A stretch of DNA of 64,000 bases, from the sequence record PV611058.1, one strand, 5' to 3'. Position numbers and translations under genes: made by a program. This document shows, in pieces, positions 10,096 to 19,685 of this stretch (position 1 is the first letter of the stretch; every line of letters starts with the position of its first letter). The notes below the pieces were generated by a model. It saw only the letters and a list, made by a program, of their open reading frames with translations. It was not told the DNA's origin and did not search any database.

Positions 10096-11008
10096 CTTGC
10101 ATTACTTTCAATCCAAGTAGTTTACGCCACATGAATACTACTTGTGCTCTGTCATCATATACCTTTTTAACATCGTAATGATCAACCACATTTTTCATGT
10201 ACAGGTCGAATTTTACAACATCATCAGGACGTTTGTCATCGATTCCTCGCATAAACAACGCATCGTAAGGAACACCCCAATTCTTAAGCCACTGTTCGGT
10301 ATCAGCACGACACCCTTCAGTGCGACCACTCATGATAATTACCTTGCGTTTATGAAAAACTGCTTCAGCGATAACAGATAAAATAACTTCTTCATCTGGT
10401 GTATCCTGGAGTACAGTACTTTCATCGAACGGGTTACGGCCCCATTTATGAGCAAGAGTACCGTCGATATCAACGATAATAGCAGCTTCTCGTGAATTAC
10501 CATAGTAACCAATGTGCAATGCTTTACTATAATAGTACGTATCTGCCATAGTGTCAATGATATTATCTTGTACTGAACGCTCACGCTGGAGGTTATATTT
10601 CTTACAAAGTTTTACGAACTCTTTAATCTTAAAGAATTCATGAACATCTGCACCACGGTCTTCATTAGGTACAAAATCATCATAGAAGTTCTTTTCTTTG
10701 TAATCATAACCATTATCTATAGCCCATACTTTCCATAGATTACGTAAATGTTGTTTAAGGTTCGTATCGGATATGATGATGTTCCAACCATTCTCTGCTG
10801 CTGAATTTGCTGCACTGAACTGTAAATTAGTTACGTACTGCTCATTAGCATCGTTGAATTTGTAAGCATCATGTGACCCAGCCATAGATTCACGAATATC
10901 ATCACGGTTGATGTTGATAGTCTTGGATTTGGCTTTTTTAATCTCTTGCACTGCCCATGTAGTTTTACCACACCCAGGCAATCCAACTGTTAGTGTGATA
11001 GTTGGCAT
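10076..11008 (-). CDS. pseT: polynucleotide 5'-kinase/3'-phosphatase (PseT-like)
   Basis: P-loop GLPGCGKTT, RDDIR, HAD DIDGT, SGR, DDR. Confidence 0.95.
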   Translation of the reverse strand: MPTITLTVGLPGCGKTTWAVQEIKKAKSKTININRDDIRESMAGSHDAYKFNDANEQYVTNLQFSAANSAAENGWNIIISDTNLKQHLRNLWKVWAIDNGYDYKEKNFYDDFVPNEDRGADVHEFFKIKEFVKLCKKYNLQRERSVQDNIIDTMADTYYYSKALHIGYYGNSREAAIIVDIDGTLAHKWGRNPFDESTVLQDTPDEEVILSVIAEAVFHKRKVIIMSGRTEGCRADTEQWLKNWGVPYDALFMRGIDDKRPDDVVKFDLYMKNVVDHYDVKKVYDDRAQVVFMWRKLLGLKVMQVAEGNF

Positions 11009-11011
11009 CCT

Positions 11012-11341
11012 TTAATCCTCTAAAAATTTAACATGCTCTATATTATGATATGTGAGCCATTCCTGTGGTGTTCCCTTGCGTATTAAAACACCAATATACG
11101 CAATACCATTAATTAGACCATTACTATCAGTATTCACATCAACTTTCACAATCTCGGAATCGTACCAGTGTTTGAATGTGTAATCCCAACATCTGACTTT
11201 CTTTCCAATAAGATTGCTCTTGTATTTGTCAATCATTTCATCGACGATAGTTTGTACTGAATTTTTAATTTCAGCTTCTACTGACTTTATATGTAGTAAA
11301 TTACTTTGTGCATTGTTTATCATTGTATTTCCCAATCCCAA
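11012..11341 (-). CDS. family D small protein
   Basis: SNLIGKKVRCW. Confidence 0.75.
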   Translation of the reverse strand: MGLGNTMINNAQSNLLHIKSVEAEIKNSVQTIVDEMIDKYKSNLIGKKVRCWDYTFKHWYDSEIVKVDVNTDSNGLINGIAYIGVLIRKGTPQEWLTYHNIEHVKFLED

Positions 11342-11537
11342 ATCGCTTGGAGATTTTCACAAGTACAGATTCATCACAACGAATACTAGCAGTATCATTG
11401 GATGAACTGTACTTTAATGGGGTCCACTGTAATTGAGATTCTTCTAGGAACTTGATACATCTGAAATAATCTTTCAAGGAAAGAAATTTAACTACTGACA
11501 TATCCTGAACAATACTATGCTGAACTTCAACTTTCAT
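11301..11537 (-). CDS. hypothetical protein
   Basis: 78 aa with SD. Confidence 0.65.
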   Translation of the reverse strand: MKVEVQHSIVQDMSVVKFLSLKDYFRCIKFLEESQLQWTPLKYSSSNDTASIRCDESVLVKISKRFGIGKYNDKQCTK

Positions 11538-11546
11538 ATGAACTCC

Positions 11547-11804
11547 TTATAGTGGGTCGAATTTATTTTCACGTTTCGATGTATAGCGAGTTACATCATG
11601 TATTCTCGGCTTAACACCTTTTGGTTTCCTTTTCTTCTTGTATTCAGTACTACTACACCCGAAAGTATTCTCGATTCGTTTCTTACTAATCTTCACACCT
11701 TTCTTAGAGCGTTTGTGCTGTAATTCATCGATTTCTTCTTGTATTTTCCTGAATTCTGTCGGAGAAAGGGAACCGTCATTTTTATACTTAGGTTTAGCCA
11801 TCAC
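11547..11804 (-). CDS. small highly basic protein
   Basis: K/R-rich (KRSKKGVKISKKR, KKKRKPKGVKPR), SD GGAG. Confidence 0.75.
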   Translation of the reverse strand: MMAKPKYKNDGSLSPTEFRKIQEEIDELQHKRSKKGVKISKKRIENTFGCSSTEYKKKRKPKGVKPRIHDVTRYTSKRENKFDPL

Positions 11805-11830
11805 TTCTCCTTGTGCTAGGCTAGATAGTA

Positions 11831-12973
11831 CTAAAAATCCTTTAGTACAATTTTCATGTACTTAATAAGAGTCTCTTTGTAATCGACTTTCTTATTGTTG
11901 TACATTGCAAAGGCCAAGCCCTGACGATTCAGTTCATTAGTTAAACACTCCTGAACCTTCTTAGCGAATTCCTTTCGCTCCAAGTGCTTGTGTTCCTTGA
12001 CGAAGCTTTCAACTTCATCTTGTAAAGCATTATAGCACGAAAAGACTAGTTGTTCCATTCTTAATATCTTTTGGGTAGCATATTCGTCAGTACTGAACAA
12101 CTGTTTTAAATCATCACTCGAACCATTTAATACAGCTTCATATAAATGGGAATCGATTATAATACTGTCTTTCGTTAAATGCAAAGAACAATACCAGTCG
12201 GTTTTGATTTTGCACATTGTACCATTATTTAGGATGCACACAAAACCTTCAATGTCAAGCATTTTCTTAACTTCTTCAACACTTTCTTTGAATGTAGCAC
12301 GAACAGGGAAAGTGTAATGAATATCTTTACCTGTCATGTTAGTACTGTACTGTGCAAGGCATGGAAACTTGTTACGTAATGCAGAACCACATAATAGTTC
12401 ACCACTCTTGCGATGGCGAACGTTTAGTACAAATATTTGTTCAACCTGGTATGGTAATACAATACGGTACTCTGGACTTGTATACTCCAGATTAACAGTA
12501 TAGCCCAAACGGTCTGCTTCGTCAATGTATTGATACAAATTTTGGTTCTCATTGAGAAGACGAGTACTGTTAATCGCATGGTCTGAATACAATGCAGTAT
12601 GTGATTTACAACGAATTACACCATCATTATCACGGTAAGTACTGATTACTGAACCATCCAACTTAGGCATCACTACTGCAATGTCATCAAATGTGGTATC
12701 AGCAGGGAACATTGTAGCAGGATTTTCGTAAGCATTGAAGAACTTTTTCATAGTACGAGCAGCACAACGAATCATATCACCATCTTCATCAATTTCCCAC
12801 ATAGAGCCACGGGTTTCTAATGCATTGGGTTGCATGAAATCGGTATATGATGCTAGACGATAACTGAATACACGATATGTTCCACCAGCAGGACTTTTAT
12901 GATCCACATAAAAGAAAGCCTCACGAGTATTACATAAGTGCATTAAATCTTCATATATTTGTAAAAGGGTCAT
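11831..12973 (-). CDS. rnlA: RNA ligase 1 (T4 Rnl1/RnlA-like)
   Basis: KFFN, KLDGS, EYTSP.YRIV, EGFV, KIKT.WY...H. Confidence 0.93.
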   Translation of the reverse strand: MTLLQIYEDLMHLCNTREAFFYVDHKSPAGGTYRVFSYRLASYTDFMQPNALETRGSMWEIDEDGDMIRCAARTMKKFFNAYENPATMFPADTTFDDIAVVMPKLDGSVISTYRDNDGVIRCKSHTALYSDHAINSTRLLNENQNLYQYIDEADRLGYTVNLEYTSPEYRIVLPYQVEQIFVLNVRHRKSGELLCGSALRNKFPCLAQYSTNMTGKDIHYTFPVRATFKESVEEVKKMLDIEGFVCILNNGTMCKIKTDWYCSLHLTKDSIIIDSHLYEAVLNGSSDDLKQLFSTDEYATQKILRMEQLVFSCYNALQDEVESFVKEHKHLERKEFAKKVQECLTNELNRQGLAFAMYNNKKVDYKETLIKYMKIVLKDF

Positions 12974-13278
12974 TTTATTACCTCTATATCTACATCTGTA
13001 CCATAGTAGGAAACGTAACCATTATCTGAATTACATTGAATTGATAACTCTGATTCATAGTATGTTACTTTGATCACTGTTAGAACTTTTTCATCAATTT
13101 TTCCCGTTAAATAATCCATTTCACGAACACGAACTTTGGTTCCTTTTGGGAGTTCTTGTGCAATTTTATTAACAAGTTCAAAAGCAGCTTCTTCAAGTGT
13201 GTGCAACAATTGCAATCTATCTTGGATATTCATATTATTTCCACCAAGTTGTATCACGACCACCAGACAAAGATTCAT
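12970..13278 (-). CDS. family D small protein
   Basis: ELPKGTKVRV; true start probably MNIQDRL. Confidence 0.7.
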   Translation of the reverse strand: MNLCLVVVIQLGGNNMNIQDRLQLLHTLEEAAFELVNKIAQELPKGTKVRVREMDYLTGKIDEKVLTVIKVTYYESELSIQCNSDNGYVSYYGTDVDIEVIK

Positions 13279-13924
13279 TGTACTGATGCCTGAAATTAGT
13301 ATTTGGATTATTTGTCATTGTACTAATAAAATCAAATTTAACATTCTCTTGAATGTAATTAATAACATTATCTTTAAATTTAATAGTACTGAAATCTAAA
13401 TCCAAATGTTCATACAATACAGGATGGCAAAACTCATGTGTACGCAATGATGGCATGGTATCCTTAATGTATTGCACCGTGTTAATCATTGCATTGTACT
13501 CAGGCATAGCACGCATCATCATTAGCTGAAAGTGTTCTTCCTCTGACATTGACTCATCCAAATCAATAACGACTTCATCATTTTTAGAGTCATATACTTT
13601 AATGGAACTCTTTGTTGGATCAAGCATAGCCCACTCTGGATACAGGCATGTTTTCCAAAAAGGATTATTGCACTGAAACATACTAATGAGATTTTGATTT
13701 TTATCAAAAATAGCAAATCCAAGATCCGAACTTGGCTGTACTTCACATACACAAATATCATAAGGCGAGTCTTCAGTACTGAATGAACCAACCACATTTG
13801 ATATATGTGAATATGGAGTTTCTCTTGATTTTAATTCAAAGGCTCTCTCCATACGATTAACCTGTGGTTGTAATGTAATTACACCCCTCAGTACATATAA
13901 AATTCTATCTAAATCTTTAATCAA
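13235..13924 (-). CDS. family A outlier
   Basis: SMSEEEHFQLMMM. Confidence 0.8.
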   Translation of the reverse strand: MIKDLDRILYVLRGVITLQPQVNRMERAFELKSRETPYSHISNVVGSFSTEDSPYDICVCEVQPSSDLGFAIFDKNQNLISMFQCNNPFWKTCLYPEWAMLDPTKSSIKVYDSKNDEVVIDLDESMSEEEHFQLMMMRAMPEYNAMINTVQYIKDTMPSLRTHEFCHPVLYEHLDLDFSTIKFKDNVINYIQENVKFDFISTMTNNPNTNFRHQYNESLSGGRDTTWWK

Positions 13925-13928
13925 AATT

Positions 13929-14228
13929 CTATCCTCTTAGTTTAATAGTACTGGCTGGATAATCTACCATAGTACTATCTGGTAATCCTATACAGTAATA
14001 AGGAAAATATCCCATCATATTAATACCAATTAACATTCCTGTTTTATATGAAGTATTAATTTCATAGTGGTCGTCTATATCAACCGCCAGTCCATATAAG
14101 GATATGTTACAATCCTTGATGTATCGTTCAAAGATTTTATACATTGATGGGTATACAGTTCCATTGGATTCTCTCACTACATCAGCCAACAACTTTATAG
14201 TACTGTTAATTAAATCTATACTAATCAT
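13929..14228 (-). CDS. hypothetical protein (family D-like)
   Basis: 99 aa, helix then beta-rich half. Confidence 0.7.
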   Translation of the reverse strand: MISIDLINSTIKLLADVVRESNGTVYPSMYKIFERYIKDCNISLYGLAVDIDDHYEINTSYKTGMLIGINMMGYFPYYCIGLPDSTMVDYPASTIKLRG

Positions 14229-14241
14229 CTTTGTACCTGCG

Positions 14242-14266
14242 AAAAAAGACCAGCAAACGCTGGCCT
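14242..14266 (-). terminator. intrinsic terminator
   Basis: AGGCCAGC-GTTT-GCTGGTCT followed by T-run. Confidence 0.8.
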
Positions 14267-14272
14267 AAAAAT

Positions 14273-14554
14273 TTAAATTATTTCATATAGACAATATACA
14301 CCATCAACGCCATCACAAGGAAAATCAACATAGAAATTCACACTAACAGTATCATAATCAATCTCAGTGATGCGTCCGGTTTTACCTACACTCTTCACGA
14401 ATAGGTCAGAGCCAAGATATACAAACTCAAACTCATCTGCATACTCTTTTATAATATCAGCAAAATCACAACCATATCTGGGATCAGTATTAATAATCTC
14501 AAGATATAATGTAATGTATTGTTCGTATGACCATGTGTGTAGGTAAAAATCCAT
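14273..14554 (-). CDS. hypothetical protein (family D-like)
   Basis: VYLGSDLFV...GRITEI. Confidence 0.7.
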   Translation of the reverse strand: MDFYLHTWSYEQYITLYLEIINTDPRYGCDFADIIKEYADEFEFVYLGSDLFVKSVGKTGRITEIDYDTVSVNFYVDFPCDGVDGVYCLYEII

Positions 14555-14563
14555 AACAGTTCC

Positions 14564-15301
14564 TTAGAAATATACCATACCCATCAATTCTGAATCTTCA
14601 GGGCGAGTATAGCCTTGTTTCTTAACTTTAAAGTAGAAGGATTCATTGTCTTCTAAATTATAACGTTTCTTCAAGCAACGGGTATATGTCTGGCAATTAG
14701 GATGAACCCATTCATATATATGAACACCATCTTCATTATAACCATTTATACTACAACGGTTGCCTTCATGTTTCTTGTAGTTCTTGCTTTTCTCGGTAAA
14801 TTCTTTTACAGCAGTAGTACTTGGTGATTTATATTCAAAAGGAACTTCAGTCATACGGAAATAATAATATTGATCGTCTTCATCATATCCCAAGAGCACT
14901 GTGTTAGTTTCACGTACATTGTAATGATTCTTACTTTTCAATTCATTTTCATATATATCTTGAAGTACTTCTGCAAATACTGTAGTACTGTCAGCATTTG
15001 GGTTGGATACACCTGATACTCTTCGTTCAATAATAAAATCAGTATATTTGCGGTCTTCTGCAATGTCTTCATTCATATAAAGACTAACGAACTTATCCTT
15101 GTACGTCTTTACACTGTATTGTTTACTTTGAACTTCGCTATATACATCTGCTAACATATTCTCCTGACCGCACTGCACACCACTTACAGAATAAGCACAT
15201 GCATGTTCAGCCATCACTGATGTTAACATTTGAAAATTTGCCATGTTTAATTCATTCGCCATCTCTGTAGCGAAACGGATACGGTCAAGCACTTTACACA
15301 C
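14564..15301 (-). CDS. hypothetical protein, 245 aa
   Basis: long ORF with SD AAGGAG. Confidence 0.8.
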   Translation of the reverse strand: MCKVLDRIRFATEMANELNMANFQMLTSVMAEHACAYSVSGVQCGQENMLADVYSEVQSKQYSVKTYKDKFVSLYMNEDIAEDRKYTDFIIERRVSGVSNPNADSTTVFAEVLQDIYENELKSKNHYNVRETNTVLLGYDEDDQYYYFRMTEVPFEYKSPSTTAVKEFTEKSKNYKKHEGNRCSINGYNEDGVHIYEWVHPNCQTYTRCLKKRYNLEDNESFYFKVKKQGYTRPEDSELMGMVYF

Positions 15302-15350
15302 TCCTTGTGTTAGTTATTGTTCCTCATCCAATATTATATCACTACTTGAG

Positions 15351-15635
15351 CTATTGTCCCGCTTTGTAACAATAAAGATTCTCAAATTTAAAGTTCTCTA
15401 TATCACATTCCTCACGAACTCGGTTCTTGTTCCAGAACAGAATACGAATCCTTTCATAATCACGATAAACACTAATAATACTTTTGTGTTTAGATTTGTA
15501 GTACTGCTGTATAACCTGAAGAGTTATATCCCTCAACTTGGACTTAATTGGGTAAGACATATCATTACTAGTTGTTATGGTATAAACCATCTTCATCGTT
15601 TCAGCAACAAGTACTTCATTCGATTTATTTGCCAT
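15351..15635 (-). CDS. hypothetical protein
   Basis: start MANKS at 15635 overlaps upstream stop. Confidence 0.65.
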   Translation of the reverse strand: MANKSNEVLVAETMKMVYTITTSNDMSYPIKSKLRDITLQVIQQYYKSKHKSIISVYRDYERIRILFWNKNRVREECDIENFKFENLYCYKAGQ

Positions 15636-15798
15636 TAAAATCCTTACAAACACTATGTAAAGTAAATCCTAAACCTACACCTACGAATGGGAATAGTAAA
15701 TTAATGTACCAGACATTCATTGTCGAAAGGAAACAAATCCCACTTACTGTCAGTACTGCTAGTGAGAAAAGACTCCAGATAAAAAATAATGCTCTCAT
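15625..15798 (-). CDS. 57 aa two-TM membrane protein (not in ORF track)
   Basis: manual translation MRALFFIWSLFSLAVLTVSGICFLSTMNVWYINLLFPFVGVGLGFTLHSVCKDFNGK; fills operon gap with overlapping start and stop. Confidence 0.7.
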   Translation of the reverse strand: MRALFFIWSLFSLAVLTVSGICFLSTMNVWYINLLFPFVGVGLGFTLHSVCKDFNGK

Positions 15799-16085
15799 AA
15801 AAATGTTACCTCGTTAGATGGGTAGTTACGATATATTTGTGAATTATGTTCCACACCATGAATTGTTATATGCCCGTTGTAGAAAAAAGTAATATCTACA
15901 ACTTTGAGTTCTTTACGTTTTTTAGTACTGAAATATCTACCCACTAACGCAGCATATATATAATCCCTGTACTCTTGAGTAATGAATTTATACATATTAT
16001 GATTTGCACTACACTTTTCATCATAAGTATTAGTATATTCTTTCATCAGTATAGCATATGTTTTTTGTATCAATATAATATTCAT
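15795..16085 (-). CDS. family C/D small protein
   Basis: IQKTYAIL; ALVGRYF. Confidence 0.7.
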   Translation of the reverse strand: MNIILIQKTYAILMKEYTNTYDEKCSANHNMYKFITQEYRDYIYAALVGRYFSTKKRKELKVVDITFFYNGHITIHGVEHNSQIYRNYPSNEVTFL

Positions 16086-16345
16086 CTATAGTTTAATATT
16101 GAAATGGGTAGACTATATATATGTACGTAAAGTTTATCAACTCTTTCCATATTCACTTTTAAAGTACTTCCAAGACGACTGATGCTATCTATGCGATAAA
16201 GCACGTCATTCAGCATCATTACGGTATCGGTGTAATCTTCACTAAGAGATTCAATGTAGATATCTTCAAGTTTCACATCCGTGCGTGGGATATCTAAATC
16301 CCTCAATAAACGCAGTGTTTGCACGATCAGTTCAGCTTTAGTCAT
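16082..16345 (-). CDS. hypothetical protein
   Basis: start MTKAEL at 16345 coupled to upstream stop. Confidence 0.65.
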   Translation of the reverse strand: MTKAELIVQTLRLLRDLDIPRTDVKLEDIYIESLSEDYTDTVMMLNDVLYRIDSISRLGSTLKVNMERVDKLYVHIYSLPISILNYR

Positions 16346-16538
16346 GGATACGCTCACAATTAAGGCAATAAATGCACTCAATGTCAGGTCGCCATGATTT
16401 ATCAAAATCTTTGTGCTGTTCTTCAGTGTATTCCGAATCATCATTGATGGGAAAGAAATCACCAGCACCAGTGGCCCAGTCTGAATCTAAACGGAAACGA
16501 GCTAATTGAGTACTGTTGCAATATGGACATTTATTCAA
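16338..16538 (-). CDS. small Zn-ribbon protein
   Basis: CPYC ... CLNC. Confidence 0.7.
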   Translation of the reverse strand: MNKCPYCNSTQLARFRLDSDWATGAGDFFPINDDSEYTEEQHKDFDKSWRPDIECIYCLNCERIHD

Positions 16539-16815
16539 AATTTATTCCTTCTAACTGATATACGTTTAATGAAAATGACCCACTATTATTATCGCATCTG
16601 AAACACAGTGTTAAAGAACCATTAAAACTAACAACATCAGTACATATACATTTTTCACCATTGGATATGATAGATTTTCCTATATATAAATCTCTTACTA
16701 TAGTACGGTAATGTTGCCATAAAAAATAATACACACTTTCATAGTACTCATCTTTTACATATGACAAGTATAAGAATTTATAAAATACTTGTATTTCCTT
16801 TAAGTTGTTTTTCAT
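16531..16815 (-). CDS. family C paralog
   Basis: LKEIQVFYKFLY; LYIGKSI. Confidence 0.75.
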   Translation of the reverse strand: MKNNLKEIQVFYKFLYLSYVKDEYYESVYYFLWQHYRTIVRDLYIGKSIISNGEKCICTDVVSFNGSLTLCFRCDNNSGSFSLNVYQLEGINFE

Positions 16816-17089
16816 TCTCCAACTCCAGTAAATTTACACCAATCCAATCAACATCACTATCAGTACTTAATTCCAATCGTAGCTTACCGCTATGACTAAC
16901 AATATCGCGGAATTTGTATATTTTATTATCACGAACTATACACAAATCATGGTAATATTCATGTAATTCATCCAAAAACTTTATCCATACCGAACGATAG
17001 ATTTCACCGTAGAGATATTCTCCAGCATCAACCGTAGCGTATTGGATATACAAAAATTTGTATGTGAATTGTATATCATTAAGATTCAT
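16778..17089 (-). CDS. family C paralog
   Basis: MNLNDIQFTYKFLY. Confidence 0.8.
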   Translation of the reverse strand: MNLNDIQFTYKFLYIQYATVDAGEYLYGEIYRSVWIKFLDELHEYYHDLCIVRDNKIYKFRDIVSHSGKLRLELSTDSDVDWIGVNLLELENEKQLKGNTSIL

Positions 17090-17099
17090 ATGTCAATCC

Positions 17100-17411
17100 T
17101 TATAGGTCCGTTAACTTCAAAACTTTGATCTCCATAAATTCCCTATCAGTTTTTTCAAGAAATTCTACATGGATAATACCTTGATAAGATTTGACACCTG
17201 AATATTCGAATATATCATCTCCATCAGTGTAAGTACTGTAATTCTTTTTTATATATTCAGCAATAGAATCTAAGTAATCATAGTAATTATGAATAAATGG
17301 TGATTCTTTTGATTCTACATGTTCACCAATCTTCCCACTAAAAAGATACATGTCATACAAACCGTATATATTTTTATATGTGAATTGAACATCATTCAAA
17401 TTTAATTTCAA
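17100..17411 (-). CDS. family C paralog
   Basis: LNLNDVQFTYKNIY. Confidence 0.8.
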   Translation of the reverse strand: MKLNLNDVQFTYKNIYGLYDMYLFSGKIGEHVESKESPFIHNYYDYLDSIAEYIKKNYSTYTDGDDIFEYSGVKSYQGIIHVEFLEKTDREFMEIKVLKLTDL

Positions 17412-17668
17412 GGGAATATCTCCAGAGGAACACTCGTAAATCCAAAATCTGTGAAGAACTGTACCTCAACTTTACCATCGAGCTTAATGATTATATCTGA
17501 AAATTCTGCATGATCGTTATTAATAATTACAGTACTGAATTTTTCTTTAATCCTCTCACGCACAGTATTAATCATTTCATTACATGTATCTTCTAAAAAT
17601 ATACTATTATTTTTATTTGCTAGGTCACGAATGCACTTGAATGTTAATTGGAAATCTTTATAATTCAT
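17408..17668 (-). CDS. family C paralog
   Basis: MNYKDFQLTFK. Confidence 0.8.
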   Translation of the reverse strand: MNYKDFQLTFKCIRDLANKNNSIFLEDTCNEMINTVRERIKEKFSTVIINNDHAEFSDIIIKLDGKVEVQFFTDFGFTSVPLEIFP

Positions 17669-17934
17669 ATATTCACCAAATCCACAGAGAATAGGTCGTT
17701 ATCAAATTTATATGAAAGTACTAATCTACCACCGAAACTATCTACTCTAAGTATCTTTCGTTTTTTTCCATTAATGACAATTTCAGTATTAACAAAATAC
17801 TCACGTAATTCTTCTAGATAATTTGACCATATTTTATGGGTAAACGCATTTTTATTAATTGTGTTAGTACTTCGGTGATTGTGGTGTAATTTAAATAATT
17901 CCATATAAGTGAATTGTATATGTTTGTAATTCAT
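17665..17934 (-). CDS. family C paralog
   Basis: MNYKHIQFTYMELF. Confidence 0.8.
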   Translation of the reverse strand: MNYKHIQFTYMELFKLHHNHRSTNTINKNAFTHKIWSNYLEELREYFVNTEIVINGKKRKILRVDSFGGRLVLSYKFDNDLFSVDLVNI

Positions 17935-17946
17935 ATTTCCCCTTAC

Positions 17947-17975
17947 AAAAATAGCCCGAACTTATGTCGGGCTAT
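17947..17975 (-). terminator. intrinsic terminator
   Basis: ATAGCCCGA-7nt-TCGGGCTAT followed by TTTT. Confidence 0.8.
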
Positions 17976-17980
17976 ATGTA

Positions 17981-18640
17981 TTATTCATCGTCATCATCGT
18001 CGTCGAGATCTAGGTAAATGTCACTATCACCATCATCGAAGTACTCAACCACTACACCAGGAATGTTCAGTGCTGTGAACATCGCATCATATTTTTCATC
18101 AGATGGGATAAGAACAAACTCATCAATGCTTTGAATTTCAGGCATACGATCTTCAGGAATACCCATTTGCAATAAGGATTGGATGATTTTTTCTTTGTAT
18201 TCTTGGAACTTCTCTTCTGATTCAAAATCCATAATAAGTTGTGCTACATAACCATCTTCGTTACCAAATGCGATTGACATTTGTGCATCAGTACCGACAT
18301 ATGACCATGTACGCTTGCCAGTATTTTTCTCAATGAAGTTCTGAATTTCAAGAACGATTTCATGACGAGAACTATTGGCAATGTTGTTAAGGTTAGCAAC
18401 ACCAGCAATAATTTCTGAACTGTCATTGGATTCTTCGAATGTGCCATAGTCACCTAATACATATTGAACACCATCACAATGTAATGCATATGCATAATCC
18501 AAATCAGCAAGTGAATCACACTTACCACGGATTGGGCGTAGGGAAAGCCCTAGGCGAAGATAACGAAAATATGTATTAGTATTTGTATTTGTCAACGTAA
18601 TGCTCCTTAACAATATAAAAGTAGTTGCTGTTGTTGTCAA
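17981..18640 (-). CDS. acidic-tailed hypothetical protein
   Basis: ends LDDDDDDE; start is TTG overlapping upstream gene, uncertain. Confidence 0.75.
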   Translation of the reverse strand: MTTTATTFILLRSITLTNTNTNTYFRYLRLGLSLRPIRGKCDSLADLDYAYALHCDGVQYVLGDYGTFEESNDSSEIIAGVANLNNIANSSRHEIVLEIQNFIEKNTGKRTWSYVGTDAQMSIAFGNEDGYVAQLIMDFESEEKFQEYKEKIIQSLLQMGIPEDRMPEIQSIDEFVLIPSDEKYDAMFTALNIPGVVVEYFDDGDSDIYLDLDDDDDDE

Positions 18641-18884
18641 AAAAGATGACTAATCCTTTGTAGACATTTACACCAATCTTGATTTGGCATATTTTATTCG
18701 ATTTACAAGCCTCAGTCAATAACATTTTGTGCTCTTTACTGAAAGTGTGGAAGAGTGGTTTTACATGCCACATCTCCACACCATCTAGTACTGGAAAATG
18801 TTCACTGAATTTGATCATTGATTCTTGCAAAAAATAACCTGTTAGATTTGAATCATCAGACATGTAAGTTCGCCAGGAAGTCAA
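18576..18884 (-). CDS. hypothetical protein
   Basis: true start probably MSDDS. Confidence 0.7.
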   Translation of the reverse strand: MTSWRTYMSDDSNLTGYFLQESMIKFSEHFPVLDGVEMWHVKPLFHTFSKEHKMLLTEACKSNKICQIKIGVNVYKGLVIFFDNNSNYFYIVKEHYVDKYKY

Positions 18885-19149
18885 TTACTTCGTCATGTGT
18901 TAACTTATCACTACGCTCTAGAACATTGATGATGAATGGTGTTTGACTATATAATTCAGCCAGAAACGCAACTTCATCAGATGTATAAGAATATCCCATA
19001 GGAACAACTTGTGCAGTCCAGTTTCCTAAAGTTTTGTTTGCAATGATTGCAACCACCGTATTACCTTTGAATTCAACATGGATTGAACGGAAACCCGAAT
19101 CCTCATTCTGATCCCAAAGTACTGGGTTAGTTTTAAACAGTACTGACAT
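18856..19149 (-). CDS. hypothetical protein
   Basis: 97 aa in operon. Confidence 0.75.
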   Translation of the reverse strand: MSVLFKTNPVLWDQNEDSGFRSIHVEFKGNTVVAIIANKTLGNWTAQVVPMGYSYTSDEVAFLAELYSQTPFIINVLERSDKLTHDEVIDFLANLHV

Positions 19150-19151
19150 AG

Positions 19152-19685
19152 TTATTTCCTCATGTATTTTATTACATCTTCAAATAGTTTAGTTTTCAGT
19201 GCATCATCATTACCAGGTAGAAAAGTACTGAAGCTATTAAAATCTTCATTCTTGGCAAACTCACGCATCTGTGTGGAACTGTAGCGACTTATATTTCGGT
19301 CAATTCCAGCTTGAACTGCCTTGATTGAACAAAAATTATATAACTTCCCATTGTACGTGTCAAGTGTTTTTTGGAATGGTTCAAGTCTATCTGAACCACA
19401 TATGAAAAGAACATCTAAGTACTTTCCATCCAGTTCTCTCATTATATCAAACAGATTATCTTCTGTATAGATATTTTCTTGTACAGATGGGTAAAATCCT
19501 TCTGTATAGTACATTTTCAGTTCAGGAGGTAATGGGTTTTTGATGGCATCAGTACTGGTACTAAGGAATATTTTCAAATCAGCATTGTACTGTTCTTGTA
19601 GTGCTTGAGCTTTTTCAAACACTAAACCATGACCTCGATGTACAGGGTTAATTCTTCCGAATGTCACTACGCATGTTTCTTTCAT
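19152..19685 (-). CDS. HxGH nucleotidyltransferase (cytidylyl-/NMN-adenylyltransferase-like)
   Basis: TFGRINPVHRGH, KNPL, GSDR, SSTQMRE. Confidence 0.85.
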   Translation of the reverse strand: MKETCVVTFGRINPVHRGHGLVFEKAQALQEQYNADLKIFLSTSTDAIKNPLPPELKMYYTEGFYPSVQENIYTEDNLFDIMRELDGKYLDVLFICGSDRLEPFQKTLDTYNGKLYNFCSIKAVQAGIDRNISRYSSTQMREFAKNEDFNSFSTFLPGNDDALKTKLFEDVIKYMRK

